Below, one piece after another: positions 9,729 to 21,711 of a DNA stretch of 64,000 bases. Each line of letters starts with the position of its first letter. Positions within the stretch are counted from its first letter, which is position 1. The notes beneath the pieces were generated by a model that was not told the origin of the DNA, made no database searches, and was given only the letters and a program-made list of their open reading frames with translations. The DNA comes from Spirochaetia bacterium (GTDB lineage Bacteria > Spirochaetota > Spirochaetia > WTKD01 > G963693115): NCBI GenBank assembly GCA_965226055.1, contig CBDDCA010000006.1, forward strand, positions 832,001-896,000, given 5' to 3'. A program made the position numbers and the translations under genes.

Positions 9729-10506
9729 AAATACGAGTTCCTTTTTTATGTTCTATAATACGAGTAATATCGTTTTTTTGTGTGTAGTTGCTAATAAGTA
9801 CTTGTGTGCTGTGTTTATGTGCTACTTGTAATGCCATAGTTACTTTTTTTCGCATGCCAGAATGGATAGTGCCTGATTCAATAAGTGATATTCCTGTTTT
9901 TGTATCAAGTTCTTGTAGTATGCTTGCATCTTCTTGTATAATCCCTTCTGTATCCGAGAGAAACAAGAGTGTATGCGTGGTGTATGCTAATGCTATGGCT
10001 ACAGCAAGTTCATCTGCATTGATGTTGAGCAATGTTCCCTCTTTACTACACGCTACAGAGTTAACAACAGGGACAAAGTGAGCATCTAAGAGAGCAGTGA
10101 GCATGGTAGTGTTACAAGAGGATATTGTTCCAGTACAGTTGCTATTTGATCTGCTTGTTTTGTATAACTGCTTTGCCTCTACCATGTGCCCATCGCTTGC
10201 ACTTATTCCAACGGCTGATATTCCTGCTTTGTGGCACTCTGCTACAAGATGACAACGTATTTGTCCTGCTAGTATACGCTGTGCAGCAATCATTTCGGGA
10301 GGGCTTGTTATTCTATGTCCTTCTTTATCGAATGTCGGCTGTATGCCTATGCTCTTACTGTATTCGCTAAGTAAGGTGCCTCCTCCATGTATGATGATAT
10401 ATCTATAGCTATTGTGTGTACAAAATGCGTTTATCTCTTGCAATAACTGAGGGAGGAGAGGACTTTCTATAACTTTTCCGCTTAATTTTACTAAAAATAA
10501 TTTCAT
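9718..10506 (-). CDS. argB: Acetylglutamate kinase
   Basis: VKLSG, IHGGG, LNINAD, LSDTEG, GMRKK. Confidence 0.88.
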   Translation of the reverse strand: MKLFLVKLSGKVIESPLLPQLLQEINAFCTHNSYRYIIIHGGGTLLSEYSKSIGIQPTFDKEGHRITSPPEMIAAQRILAGQIRCHLVAECHKAGISAVGISASDGHMVEAKQLYKTSRSNSNCTGTISSCNTTMLTALLDAHFVPVVNSVACSKEGTLLNINADELAVAIALAYTTHTLLFLSDTEGIIQEDASILQELDTKTGISLIESGTIHSGMRKKVTMALQVAHKHSTQVLISNYTQKNDITRIIEHKKGTRIYDS

Positions 10507-10562
10507 TCTATTACAACTATAAAATATATTTGTAAATAAAGATAGTGCAATACGAGTTCAAG

Positions 10563-11383
10563 CACGAGTTCAAGGATTAAATGCGACAAAGGAGCAAAAA
10601 AAGAGCAAGCAAAAATAAAAAAAAGGAATGCACTCTATAATTGTATAAACGAAACAAATTAGGAGACATCCTTTATGGGTATACCATAAAACTCATTTTA
10701 TCATCTGACAGACAAATATCGTACTATTATCGCTACGCTCCGTCATGCAAAGTACAGTATCAATGCTATAGCAATACGCCTCATTTGACACAGTATCTGA
10801 GAAAACAACACACAACACGCAAAAAAAGAACCATATCTCGTTCTTTCTCCGCTTCTCGTATCCCTCATCGTGTCTCAGTACACGAAAGAGGCGATGTTTC
10901 ACACGAATATGGCCATTGGGAGTGGATTTTGTTGGCTCTTCTTCAAAAGCTACTGTGCTTGCTTTAGTGGAAACACATACTCGTTATGTTCTCTTTCATA
11001 AGATACCTGACAAAACACTGCTCATACCGTACAGTATGGCATGCTCTTTGCTCTGAGGAATATACCACGCCATTTATGTAACAGTTTCACTTATGATAAT
11101 GGCAATGAATTTATGCTCTATACCGAAATAAATACACGCCTGAATGCTCGTTCTTATTTTTGTCTCCTTACTGTGCTGTATATTGTATTATAAGAAAAAG
11201 GATGAGTTGAACACTCTATTGGATTATTATGTCACTACTTTCCTAAGAAGATGTTGTTTCACAGAGTCAAGCAAAGTGATATACTACAAGTATAAATGCT
11301 TATCGATCATAGACCACGAAAATGTCTTCATTTTTTGAACCCTGCTGAAGCCTTTGCTGTTGCATTTAGTCCTTGAACTCGTG
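10563..11383 (+). mobile_element. Degenerate, internally deleted IS30-family insertion sequence (821 bp)
   Basis: 26-bp terminal IRs, 24/26 identical (cacgagttcaaggattaaatgcgaca / tgttgcatttagtccttgaactcgtg), with IS30-like TTCAA...GCRACA pattern. Confidence 0.88.
10780..11376 (+). pseudogene. IS30-family transposase remnant with multiple frameshifts
   Basis: Fragments in different frames: SVHERG..YGHWE, LVETHTRY, FTYDNGNEF, EHSIGLLCHYFPK, DHRPRKCLHFLNPAEAF. Confidence 0.88.
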
Positions 11384-11401
11384 GTGATTGCAGAAACAGT
11401 A

Positions 11402-11430
11402 TTGTAATATTATGTAATATAGTTTATTAT
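11402..11430 (+). promoter_or_regulatory. Predicted sigma70 promoter of the DUF285 lipoprotein gene
   Basis: TTGTAA-17 nt-TATTAT; SD AAGGAG at 11463. Confidence 0.5.
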
Positions 11431-11474
11431 ATACAATATTGAATATTTTTGAAAAAAAAAGTAAGGAGATACAT

Positions 11475-14400
11475 ATGAGAAAAAATAATTTGTTTATACA
11501 TAGCAATCTGTATATATGGGGGGGGGGGGGGTAATGCTACTATTGATACTAGTACTACTACTATTGGGCTGTGAAGCTCCAGGAGGGGGCTCTGGTGGAG
11601 GATCTTCTCCTGCTCCAGGAGGGGGAGGAGGAAAGGTACAACCTAGCTCAAAAGAACAATTATTACAGCTTATCTCTGAGCGGTTAAGTAAAGACAAGGC
11701 AGCAGACTTAAACGATATAGATGTAAGTAAGGTTTCTGATATGAGTAATTTGTTTGTGCAGTTTCCTACCTTTAGTGGCAATGTGTCGGAGTGGGATGTA
11801 AGCCATGTAACAAATATGAGTGGTATGTTTGAAGGAGTGACAGGGTTTCGTGGAGGGATATCAAGGTGGGATGTAAGCAAAGTAACAAACATGAATACTA
11901 TGTTTAAGGGAGCGACCAAATTTAATGGGGATATATCAGGCTGGGATGTAAGTAATGTAAAACAGATTAACAGCATGTTTGAAGGAACAGCTGCTTTCAC
12001 TCAGGATCTGAAGCAATGGGCAGTAGCACCTGCGGTAAGTAAAGTGAGTAAAGATGTATTTAAGAATTCGGGGGTTACTGAGGATCCCAGATGGTTGACA
12101 TTAGAGGTGCTGTTAGAGCCAAAGGTAGTAGTAGCAATAGTAGGACGGGCAGTGAATGTGTCTATCACTCGGTGGCCAGTAACAACAACAGGAACATTTG
12201 CATTACTCCCAGTGTTAGTAGGGAGAGATGTACTTCCAACAGGGATGAATTTTGATGGCACGACAGGGACAATAACAGCAAATGCAGGAGACCTTAAGAC
12301 GATAACAAAGGGAAGTCCTCACAGGTTTACTGTTACTTTTAATGGGACAGGAGAATTTGATAAAGCAGTAAATAAAAATGTGCAAGCAGCTGTATCGGTA
12401 TCAGTGAAGGATTATTCGACACAACCTAAGACAAAAGCAGAGCTGATAGCACTCATAAAAGTGATAGTAGATGCGGATGGGAATGGGATTATTGATAATG
12501 CTACAGCAGATCTCAATAGCATTGATGTCAGTGCTATTACGGATATGAGTGGTATATTTAATGATAGTATGTTGAAACATTTTACTGGAGATATATCGGG
12601 CTGGGATGTCAGTAATGTGAAATATATGAATGAGATGTTTCGAGGATCAAAGTTTACTGGAAATATATCAGGCTGGGATGTAAGTAATGTGAGAGAAATG
12701 AATAGTATGTTTCGTGACTCACAATTTACTGGGGACATATCAAGTTGGGTTGTCAGTAATGTAAGAGAAATGAATAATATGTTTCGTGGATCGCGATTTA
12801 ATGGAAATATATCAAATTGGGATGTAAAGAAAGTTACCACTATGGATGGTATGTTTGAAGGAGCAACTGCCTTTAATCAGGATATATCAGGCTGGGCAGT
12901 TGATGCGGTAACTACTATGGAGAATATGTTTAATTCAACAAAAGCATTTGATCAAGATTTGGAAGCATGGGGAGAGCATATAGCAGGAAGGACAGTAGAT
13001 AAAACAGATATATTTGATAGCTCTAGTGTGTCTGATGAAAAGATACCTACATGGGCATATGTGTTTGATGTAGTATATCAAGAAGCAAGAATAAACGATA
13101 TTACTGTGTTGCAATATCAAAACATAGTAGTGAGGATTAAAAAGCAATTTCCATCACATGCGACAGGACAATATAGTATAGCACCCAATACACTTAGTGC
13201 AGATACAGGATTATCATTTGATGCACAAAAGGGAATAATAAAAGGAATAGCAACGCAAGAAGTAGCAAAAAAAGCATATACAATTACTTTTACTGGAGAC
13301 GCTAAGTTTCAAGGCAAGAGTCTTGTTATTCCATTTTCATTAGAGGTAAAGTCAAATCAAGGGAAATATGCGTATTTTCCTAATAACAAAACAGAATTGA
13401 TAGCAGCAATAAAAAAGGTAATGGATATAAACGGTGATGGGACGCCAGATGATAACAGTGCTGATTTGAATGTCATCTATACGGGGAATATCACGGATAT
13501 GAGTAGGATATTTAATGAGAGTGCCTTGAGAAATTTTAATGGGGATATATCGGGCTGGGATGTAAGTAATGTTACTACTATGGGATCTATGTTTTATAAA
13601 TCGAAATTTAATGAGGATATATCAAAATGGGATGTAAGTAATGTTACTTATATGGGATCTATGTTTCGTGGTTCGTCATTTAATGGGGATATATCGGGCT
13701 GGGATGTAAGTAATGTTACTAATATGGCAATAATGTTTGCCTATGCACCATTTAATGGGGATATATCAAAATGGGATGTAAGTAATGTTACTACTATGTA
13801 CTTTATGTTTGCCTATGCGCAATTTAATGGGGATATATCGGGCTGGGATGTAAGTAATGTTACTAATATGGAAGCAATGTTTATTGAAACGCCATTTACT
13901 GGAGACATATCAAGATGGGATGTAAGTAGTGTTGGTAATATGAAACATATGTTTTGGGATTCGTCATTTAATGGGGATATATCGGGCTGGGATGTAAGTA
14001 ATGTTACTACTATGCGGACAATGTTTTATCAATCAAAAGTCTTTAATCAGAATATATCAGGGTGGAATGTTGAGAAAGTCACTACTATGTATAAAATGTT
14101 TAATGGTGCAACATCGTTTGATCAAGATTTAGAAGCATGGGGAGAGCATATACCAGAGATAACAGAATCAGGAAAACCACTGGATATAACAGGTATATTT
14201 TCTCATTTGCCTGATGAAAAAATTCCATCATGGGTATATACTCTTGTGTACAAAGATACAGGCGTTACAGTAAATAAGAAAGTGTTCACTACGAGTGATA
14301 AAAATATTGTTTTGTCTATTGACAAAACACCAAAAGCAGCAACAGGAACTTATAGTGTAGTACCCACTACATTTACTACAGATACAGGATTGACATTTGA

Positions 14401-17400
14401 TACAGCAACTGGAGAGATAAGTGGTTCTCCTACGGTAGCATTGGCTACAAAAGAGTATACCATAACATTTACAGGAAATGGAGGGTATGTTGGCAGGAAA
14501 AAAAGTACCCCTCTCACTCTCACGATACAGGATGTGAGTGCTTATACTTATACCCCTAAAACAAATGCAGCTTTGATAGCAGATATAAAAACGGTGATGG
14601 CAGCAGATGCTGATGGAGATGGTAACCCTGATGGGAATACAGCAGACTTGAATGTCATATATACAGGGTATATAACAGATATGAGTGGGATATTTAATGA
14701 GAGTGCCTTGAGAAATTTTAATGGGGATATATCGGGCTGGGATGTAAGTAATGTAACTACGATGGACAGTATGTTTGAAGAATCGAAGTTTACAGGAGAA
14801 AATGGAGACATAACAAGTTGGGATGTAGGGAACATAACAGATATGAATGATATGTTTAAGAAGTCGTCATATGCAGGGGATATAAGTACATGGGATGTAA
14901 GGAATGTCACAACTATGAACGAGATGTTTCGAGAAACAGCGTATAACAATGATATAACTCTATGGGATGTTCGAAATGTTGCAGATATGGAATTAATGTT
15001 TTATAAGAACACAGCATTTGATAAGGACATATCCTATTGGAATGTAAGCAAGGTAGCTACTATGAAACAGATGTTCAGTGAAACAGGAGCATTTAATCAA
15101 GATATATCAAGCTGGGCAGTTGATGTTGTGACTACTATGGAGTCAATGTTTCAAGGGGCAACAGCCTTTGATAAGGATTTAGAAGCATGGGGAGAACATA
15201 TAGCAGAAAGAACAGTAAATACTGATAAAATATTCAATACCGCAGATAATAGTGGAGTGATACTCTCTGATAAAAACATACCTACATGGCTCTACGATTT
15301 TGTGCTTACAGTTGGAGGAACCGAAAGCAGTACTATAAGTGGGTTTGTAGGCAAAGCCATAGAAGCAGATGGTGCAATAACAGTAAGTAAGAAATTGCCT
15401 ACTACGGCAGTGGGGAGTTATACTATCTCTCCGAGCATAACAGATATAGGGCTTAGCTTAGATGCAAGTACAGGAGCGATAAGTGGGAGTCCAACAAAAG
15501 TACAAAGTACAAAAAGCTATACACTGCTCTTTAGTGGAACAGGAGACTATGCAAGCAAAAGCTATGAGATACCATTTATCATGACAGTAGCAGCAGGAAA
15601 GTATAGTTACTCTCCTACCAATAAAGAAGAGTTAATAGCAGCGATAAAGGATGTGATGGATACCAATGATGATGGGAGTCCTAATGATAACAGTGCCGAT
15701 TTGAATGTCATCTATACGGGGAATATCACGGATATGTATAAGTTATTTAGTAGTTATGGTGATTTGGAAAATTTTAATGGAGATATATCGCAATGGGATG
15801 TAAGTAATGTTACCACCATGCGATCTATGTTTTATCAATCGAAATTTAATGGAGATATATCAGGCTGGGATGTAAGTAATGTTACCACTATGCGAACAAT
15901 GTTTTATCAATCGAAATTTAATGGGGATATATCAGCTTGGGATGTAAGTAATGTTACTTTTATGCACTATATGTTTTCCTATGCACCATTTAATGAAGAT
16001 ATATCGAAATGGGATGTAAGTAATGTTACTGATATGGAAGCAATGTTTACTGAAACGCCATTTACTGGAGACATATCAGAATGGGATGTAAGTAGTGTTG
16101 GTAATATGAAATATATGTTTTGGGGATCATCATTTAATGGAGATATATCAAAGTGGAAGGTAAGTAATGTTACAAACATGTACGCCATGTTTTATCAATC
16201 GAAATTTAATGGAGATATAGCAGGGTGGGCAGTTGATAGTGTAACTACCATAAAAGACATGTTTCGCAAAGCAGCAGCGTTTGATCAAGATTTAGAAGCA
16301 TGGGGAGAACATATAGAAGGAAGAACAGTGGATAAGGGAAATATATTTACCGGTGCTAATGTTTCTGATGAAAATATACCGAGCTGGATATATAGCATAT
16401 CACAGAGATATGGAGGCAATGTTGCTTCATTATTTACTATGGTAAAAGGGCAACAGAACATTAGTATTCCATTGACTAATACTGGAGTGAGTACATTTAA
16501 TGCGACAGGGGACTATAGTATACTGCCAAGTACCTTTACTGCAGACACAGGCTTGACATTTAGTGCAGTGAATGGAACAATAAGCGGAAGTCCTACAAAA
16601 GCACTTGCGCTGAGAAAATATATAATTGTGTTTACAGGGACTGGTGATTATGCAGGAAAAAGGCGTACAAAAGAGTTTACCATACACATATATGACGGCA
16701 GTGGTACATATACATACTACCCAAAAACAAAGAGTGCTTTGATAGCAAATATAAAAACGGTGATGGCAGCAGATGCTGATGGGGATGGTAACCCTGATGG
16801 GAACACAGCAGACTTGAATGGAATATATACAGGATACATAAGAGATATGCGTGAGGTATTTTATGACAGTACTTTGAAAAGTTTTAATGGGGATATATCG
16901 GGCTGGGATGTAAGTAATGTGAGAAATATGCGAAATATGTTTAAGGAGAGTCGATTTACTGGAGATATATCAGGCTGGGATGTAAGCAATGTGAGATATA
17001 TGCAAGGTATGTTTTATAAATCGCAGTTTACTGGAGATATATCGGGCTGGGATGTAAGTGATGTAGAACAGATGTACTGGATGTTCCGTGAATCGCAATT
17101 TAATGGGGATATATCAGGCTGGGATGTAAGTAGTGTTGGTAATATGGAACATATGTTTTATAAATCGAAATTTAATGGGGATATATCAAACTGGAAGGTA
17201 AGTAATGTTACTGATATGGAAGCAATGTTTTATGATTCGCCATTTACTAAAGATATATCGGGTTGGGATGTCGGTAATGTTACTACTATGTACTTTATGT
17301 TTGCTTATGCGCAATTTAATGGGGATATATCAAGGTGGAATGTAAAGAAAGTTACCAATACGGATTATATGTTTAACGGAGCAACAGAGTTTAATCAAGA

Positions 17401-18898
17401 TATATCGGGCTGGGCAGTTGATGCAGTAACTACTATGGAATATATGTTTAACGGAGCAACAGAGTTTAATCAAGATTTAGAAGCATGGGGAGAGCATGTA
17501 GCAGGAAGGAAAATAAACATACCAGGTATATTTGATAGGACTAAGATACCTAATGATAAAATACCAAGCTGGACATATCAATATCGACCTACGAATAAAG
17601 CAGAATTGATAAAAGCAATAAGGCAGATGATATCTACTAATAATAGAGCAGATTTGAATGTCATATACACAGGAAATATTAGAGATATGAGTAAGGTATT
17701 TAATGATCGTTTTCTGAGAAAATTTAATGGGAATATAGCAAGATGGGATGTGAGTAATGTTACCGATATGAATCGTATGTTTTGGGGTACGTCATTTAAT
17801 GGAGATATATCGGGCTGGAAGGTAGATAAAGTAGAAGATATGGAAAGTATGTTTAGTACATCATCATTTAACGGAGATATATCGGGGTGGAAGGTAGATA
17901 AAGTGAAAAATATGAGAGGTATGTTTTATAAATCGAAATTTAATGGGGATATATCAAATTGGAATGTGAGTAATGTTACCGATATGGGAGGTATGTTTCA
18001 TGCATCATCATTTAACGGAGATATATCGAGGTGGGATGTGAGTAATGTTACCGATATGAGTAGTATGTTTCATACATCATCATTTAGGGGAGATATATCG
18101 GGGTGGGATGTGAGTAATGTTACCGATATGAGTAATATGTTTATTAATACATCATTTAAGGGGAATATATCAAAATGGAAGGTAGATAATGTGAAATTTA
18201 TGTACAATATGTTTCGTAATTCAAGATTTAATGGAGATATATCAGACTGGAAGGTAGGGAATGTGACAAGTATGAAAGGTATGTTTCATGAATCGAGTTT
18301 TAATAAGGATATATCAAACTGGGATGTCAGTAATGTTACCACTATGCGATCTATGTTTTATATATCGAAATTTAATGGGGATATATCAAGGTGGGATGTG
18401 AGTAATGTTACCGATATGGCATATATGTTTCAACAATCAAAATTTACTGGAGATATAAAAGACTGGAAGGTAGGGAAAGTGACAGATATGAGCTATATGT
18501 TTGCAAGCACAGATGGTTTTAATAGTCGTATAGGAGGCTGGGATGTCAGTAATGTTACGAATATGGAACATATGTTTTCATCCTATGGGTTACGCTATGC
18601 TCGCCCATTTAGTGCGAATATATCAGGCTGGAATGTAAGTAAGGTTAAAAATATGAAAAATATGTTTTGGGACAATCATGCGTTTAATAGGGATATATCA
18701 GGCTGGGATGTCAGCAGTCTTACTAATATGTTTCATATGTTTAATGGTGCAACAGCATTTGATAGAGATATCTATGAATGGAAAGAACATTTTGGATCAA
18801 AAAAGGTTAATGCGATAAATGCATTTGCTGGTACTGCTATAAGACATAAGACACCAGATTGGGCAGGAGGAACCTATACAGGACCATCTTCTAAATAG
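11475..18898 (+). CDS. Giant surface lipoprotein with seven DUF285/BspA-like repeat modules and five putative Ig spacers; SD-led start frameshifted at a poly-G tract
   Basis: SD plus ATG at 11475; long frame 11516-18898; lipobox LLGC; dozens of FNGDISGWDVSNVTxMxxMF repeats; GLTFDTATGEISGSPT Ig motifs. Confidence 0.88.
11518..11531 (+). repeat. G14 homopolymer tract in the signal-peptide coding region
   Basis: 14 consecutive G; places TAA (11532-11534) in frame with ATG 11475. Confidence 0.9.
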
Positions 18899-18923
18899 AA
18901 CATAAGTATACTCTTGGATATGG

Positions 18924-18967
18924 AGGAGCTATTGTCTTATGTGAGATAATAGCTCCTTATTATTTTT
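18924..18967 (+). terminator. Intrinsic terminator
   Basis: aggagctattgtctt...gagataatagctcct stem followed by a T-rich tail. Confidence 0.75.
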
Positions 18968-18992
18968 GTCTTCTGCTCTGAAGTTGAATTTT

Positions 18993-19019
18993 TGTTGACA
19001 TTTAGTCCTTGAATTTGTA
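18993..19019. mobile_element. Solo IS30 end relic overlapping the promoter of the aldo/keto reductase gene
   Basis: tgttgacatttagtccttgaatttg resembles IRR with a 1-nt insertion; TTGAAT-17-TATACT. Confidence 0.7.
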
Positions 19020-19046
19020 GTGTATCAATGATATACTAACATTAAT

Positions 19047-20090
19047 ATGAAATATAAACAAATTGGCACATCAAATTTGCAAGTAAGTGAAATATGCCTC
19101 GGTACCATGACATGGGGATATCAGAATACCGAAAAAGAGGCATTTGAGCAATTAGATTATGCTGTAGCAAACGGTGTAAATTTTATAGATACTGCCGAAT
19201 TATATGCAGTACCTCCAAGCAGAGAAACATATGGAGCAACAGAACAATATATTGGAAATTATTTTAAGAAACACCCTACAAAAAGAAAGGATATTATTGT
19301 TGCAACAAAAATAGCGGGGCCGGGCATAAAGTATATTAGAAATGGTGAAGGCTTTACCCCTAATGGTATTGTGAAAGCATTAGAGGATAGTCTCTCACGT
19401 TTGCAGATGGATTATGTTGATATATATCAACTTCATTGGTCACAAAGGATGACTCCGCGTTTTGGAATACGCGATTATAATGAGACATGGCTTAAGAAGG
19501 ATGATGCATTAGAAGAGACACTTGGGGTACTGGGCAAACTTGTTACAGAAGGAAAAATTCGTGAAATAGGATTGTCTAATGAACACAGTTGGGGAGTTAT
19601 GCATTGTCTTCGATTACACGAAAGAGATTCTCAAATACCGCGTATACAAAGTGTACAGAATGTATATAATCTTATTACGCGCAGTATTGATAGTAATTTA
19701 TCCGAAGTATTTATGCGTGAAAATGTTAGCTTATTGCCATACTCTCCGCTTGCTGGAGGATTGTTAAGTGGTAAATATGAGGGAGGAAAACGTCCTGAAG
19801 GAGCTCGTTTCACTACTTGGGGCAACCAGTCTATGCCACGATATATAAATACACAAGCAGCAAGTGCTATTACTCGTTATATTGAGCTTGCAAAAAAACA
19901 TGCTATTAGTCCTACAACAATGGCACTGAGCTTTGTAAATAAAAGAAAGTATGTGGCAAGTAATATTATTGGGGCAACAGATATGCAGCAGTTACAGGAA
20001 AATATTGCTTCGGCTGATGTACAGCTTAGTAGTACACTGCTACAGGAAATAGAAAAGATTCATGGAGAGATTCCTAACCCTTCTTTGTAG
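19047..20090 (+). CDS. Aldo/keto reductase (Tas-like)
   Basis: LGTMTWG, FIDTAELY, DIYQLHW, IGLSNE, PYSPLAGG. Confidence 0.92.
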   Translation: MKYKQIGTSNLQVSEICLGTMTWGYQNTEKEAFEQLDYAVANGVNFIDTAELYAVPPSRETYGATEQYIGNYFKKHPTKRKDIIVATKIAGPGIKYIRNGEGFTPNGIVKALEDSLSRLQMDYVDIYQLHWSQRMTPRFGIRDYNETWLKKDDALEETLGVLGKLVTEGKIREIGLSNEHSWGVMHCLRLHERDSQIPRIQSVQNVYNLITRSIDSNLSEVFMRENVSLLPYSPLAGGLLSGKYEGGKRPEGARFTTWGNQSMPRYINTQAASAITRYIELAKKHAISPTTMALSFVNKRKYVASNIIGATDMQQLQENIASADVQLSSTLLQEIEKIHGEIPNPSL

Positions 20091-20095
20091 AGTAT

Positions 20096-20743
20096 ATGAA
20101 AAATAAACGGTTACAAGTAAAAAAAGTACTTGCATTACTTGATGCTGAATATCCAAATCATACGACATTATTACAGTACTCAAATGCCTTTGAGTTGCTT
20201 ATTGCTGTTATTTTATCAGCACAAACTACTGATGAACAAGTAAACAGAGTGTTACCGCATCTTTTTGCTGAGTACCCTGACGCAGAAAGTCTTTCTCATG
20301 CTCGTCAGTCAAGTATAGAAACCTTAGTACATGCCACTGGATTTTATAAAAACAAAGCACGAAACATTATTGCTTGTGCAAAAAAATTAGTAAATGATTT
20401 TAGCTCTTGTGTTCCTGACACTATAGAAGAATTGATAACTCTTCCAGGTGTAGGTAGAAAAACAGCAGGAGTAGTGTTATACCATATCTATAGTTTACCT
20501 GCTATCATTGTGGATACTCATTTTGGGAGAGTGTGTAGACGTTTAGGGTTAACTGATGAGACAGATCCTACAAAAGTAGAGTTTGTTCTCAGAGATATTA
20601 CTGCAGAAGAACAGTGGGGGATGGCTTCTATGGTGGTAAATTTTCATGGAAGGCGAGTGTGTAAATCAAGACAACCAGAGTGTGAACGATGTGTTCTTGA
20701 ATCACTATGTGAGCATTGTGGTAATGCTGCTCATATTAAGTAA
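20096..20743 (+). CDS. nth: Endonuclease III
   Basis: LSAQTTD, HhH LPGVGRKTA, VDTH, 4Fe-4S motif CKSRQPECERC..LC. Confidence 0.95.
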   Translation: MKNKRLQVKKVLALLDAEYPNHTTLLQYSNAFELLIAVILSAQTTDEQVNRVLPHLFAEYPDAESLSHARQSSIETLVHATGFYKNKARNIIACAKKLVNDFSSCVPDTIEELITLPGVGRKTAGVVLYHIYSLPAIIVDTHFGRVCRRLGLTDETDPTKVEFVLRDITAEEQWGMASMVVNFHGRRVCKSRQPECERCVLESLCEHCGNAAHIK

Positions 20744-20856
20744 AGTATGCAGGAGTATGGTACGCTATTCTTTGTTTTGATGTATGTGCTGTGGTATTAT
20801 GTAGGGGGGTATATACAGGTATTATATAGGGGAAATAGAAAGAAGGTATAGAGTAT

Positions 20857-21162
20857 ATGGCACAAGAAGCAACACAACATGAAAATAAATATGTAGCGAT
20901 GGAGCTTATTCTTTTTGGAAGAGTGCAAGGAGTAGGCTTTCGTTATTTTGTGTATACTACTGCGTTGCGTTTTGGTACTATACAGGGATGGGTACAAAAT
21001 TGTCCTGATGGAACAGTAAAGGTACACTGTGAATCTTCTTCATCATCAATACTTACTGCATTTATTGATGCTTGTTTGCAAGGGCCTCCTTTATCAAAAG
21101 TTGTGAAAGAGGAAAAGAGAGTTGCTTTTGTACTAGGGTGTACTTCTTTTGAAATTCGTTAA
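20857..21162 (+). CDS. acyP: Acylphosphatase
   Basis: GRVQGVGFR, GWVQN..DGTV, GPP. Confidence 0.92.
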   Translation: MAQEATQHENKYVAMELILFGRVQGVGFRYFVYTTALRFGTIQGWVQNCPDGTVKVHCESSSSSILTAFIDACLQGPPLSKVVKEEKRVAFVLGCTSFEIR

Positions 21163-21165
21163 GAT

Positions 21166-21633
21166 ATGCCTACTATAGCTTTATTAGAGCCACAAATACC
21201 TCAAAATACAGGAAATATAGCACGCCTCTGTGTGGTAACTGGTACTTCATTACATCTTGTAGGAAATTTAGGGTTTGAGATAAACGATAAACAGCTAAAA
21301 AGAGCAGGCATGGATTATTGGAAACAGTTAGAAGTACAGCAGTACAGTACTGTAGAGCAGTATATGGATAATTTAGATATGCAGCAAAGTTTTTTATTTT
21401 CTACAAAGGCAAATATGGTATATACTGAAGTGCAGTTTCCTCAAAATGCTACATTATTATTTGGTAACGAAGGGTTTGGCACTGCTGATTGGATTATGCA
21501 ACGATTTATGGATCATAATAGTATGCTACGTATTCCACAGATAAAAGGACAACGTTGTCTTAACTTAGCAGTAAGTGTAGGGATAGCATTGTATGAATTA
21601 TTACGGCAGACAAATTTTAATAATTTAGTATAG
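21166..21633 (+). CDS. trmL: tRNA (cytidine/uridine-34)-2'-O-methyltransferase
   Basis: PQIPQNTGNIAR, RAGMDYW, FGNEG, CLNLAVSV. Confidence 0.92.
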   Translation: MPTIALLEPQIPQNTGNIARLCVVTGTSLHLVGNLGFEINDKQLKRAGMDYWKQLEVQQYSTVEQYMDNLDMQQSFLFSTKANMVYTEVQFPQNATLLFGNEGFGTADWIMQRFMDHNSMLRIPQIKGQRCLNLAVSVGIALYELLRQTNFNNLV

Positions 21634-21711
21634 TAGTACTGGTACTATAAAAAGTTGTTATGAATTAGCTTGTCTCTTTTTTGTGAGACATAAAATTTAT
21701 TGTAAGAAGAT

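Noticed and set aside
11494-16687. Minus-strand ORFs within the DUF285 gene
   Set aside because: Antisense shadows of repetitive coding sequence
11516-18898. Diversity-generating retroelement acting on the DUF285 repeats
   Set aside because: No reverse transcriptase in the window and no template/variable pair differing only at adenines was seen
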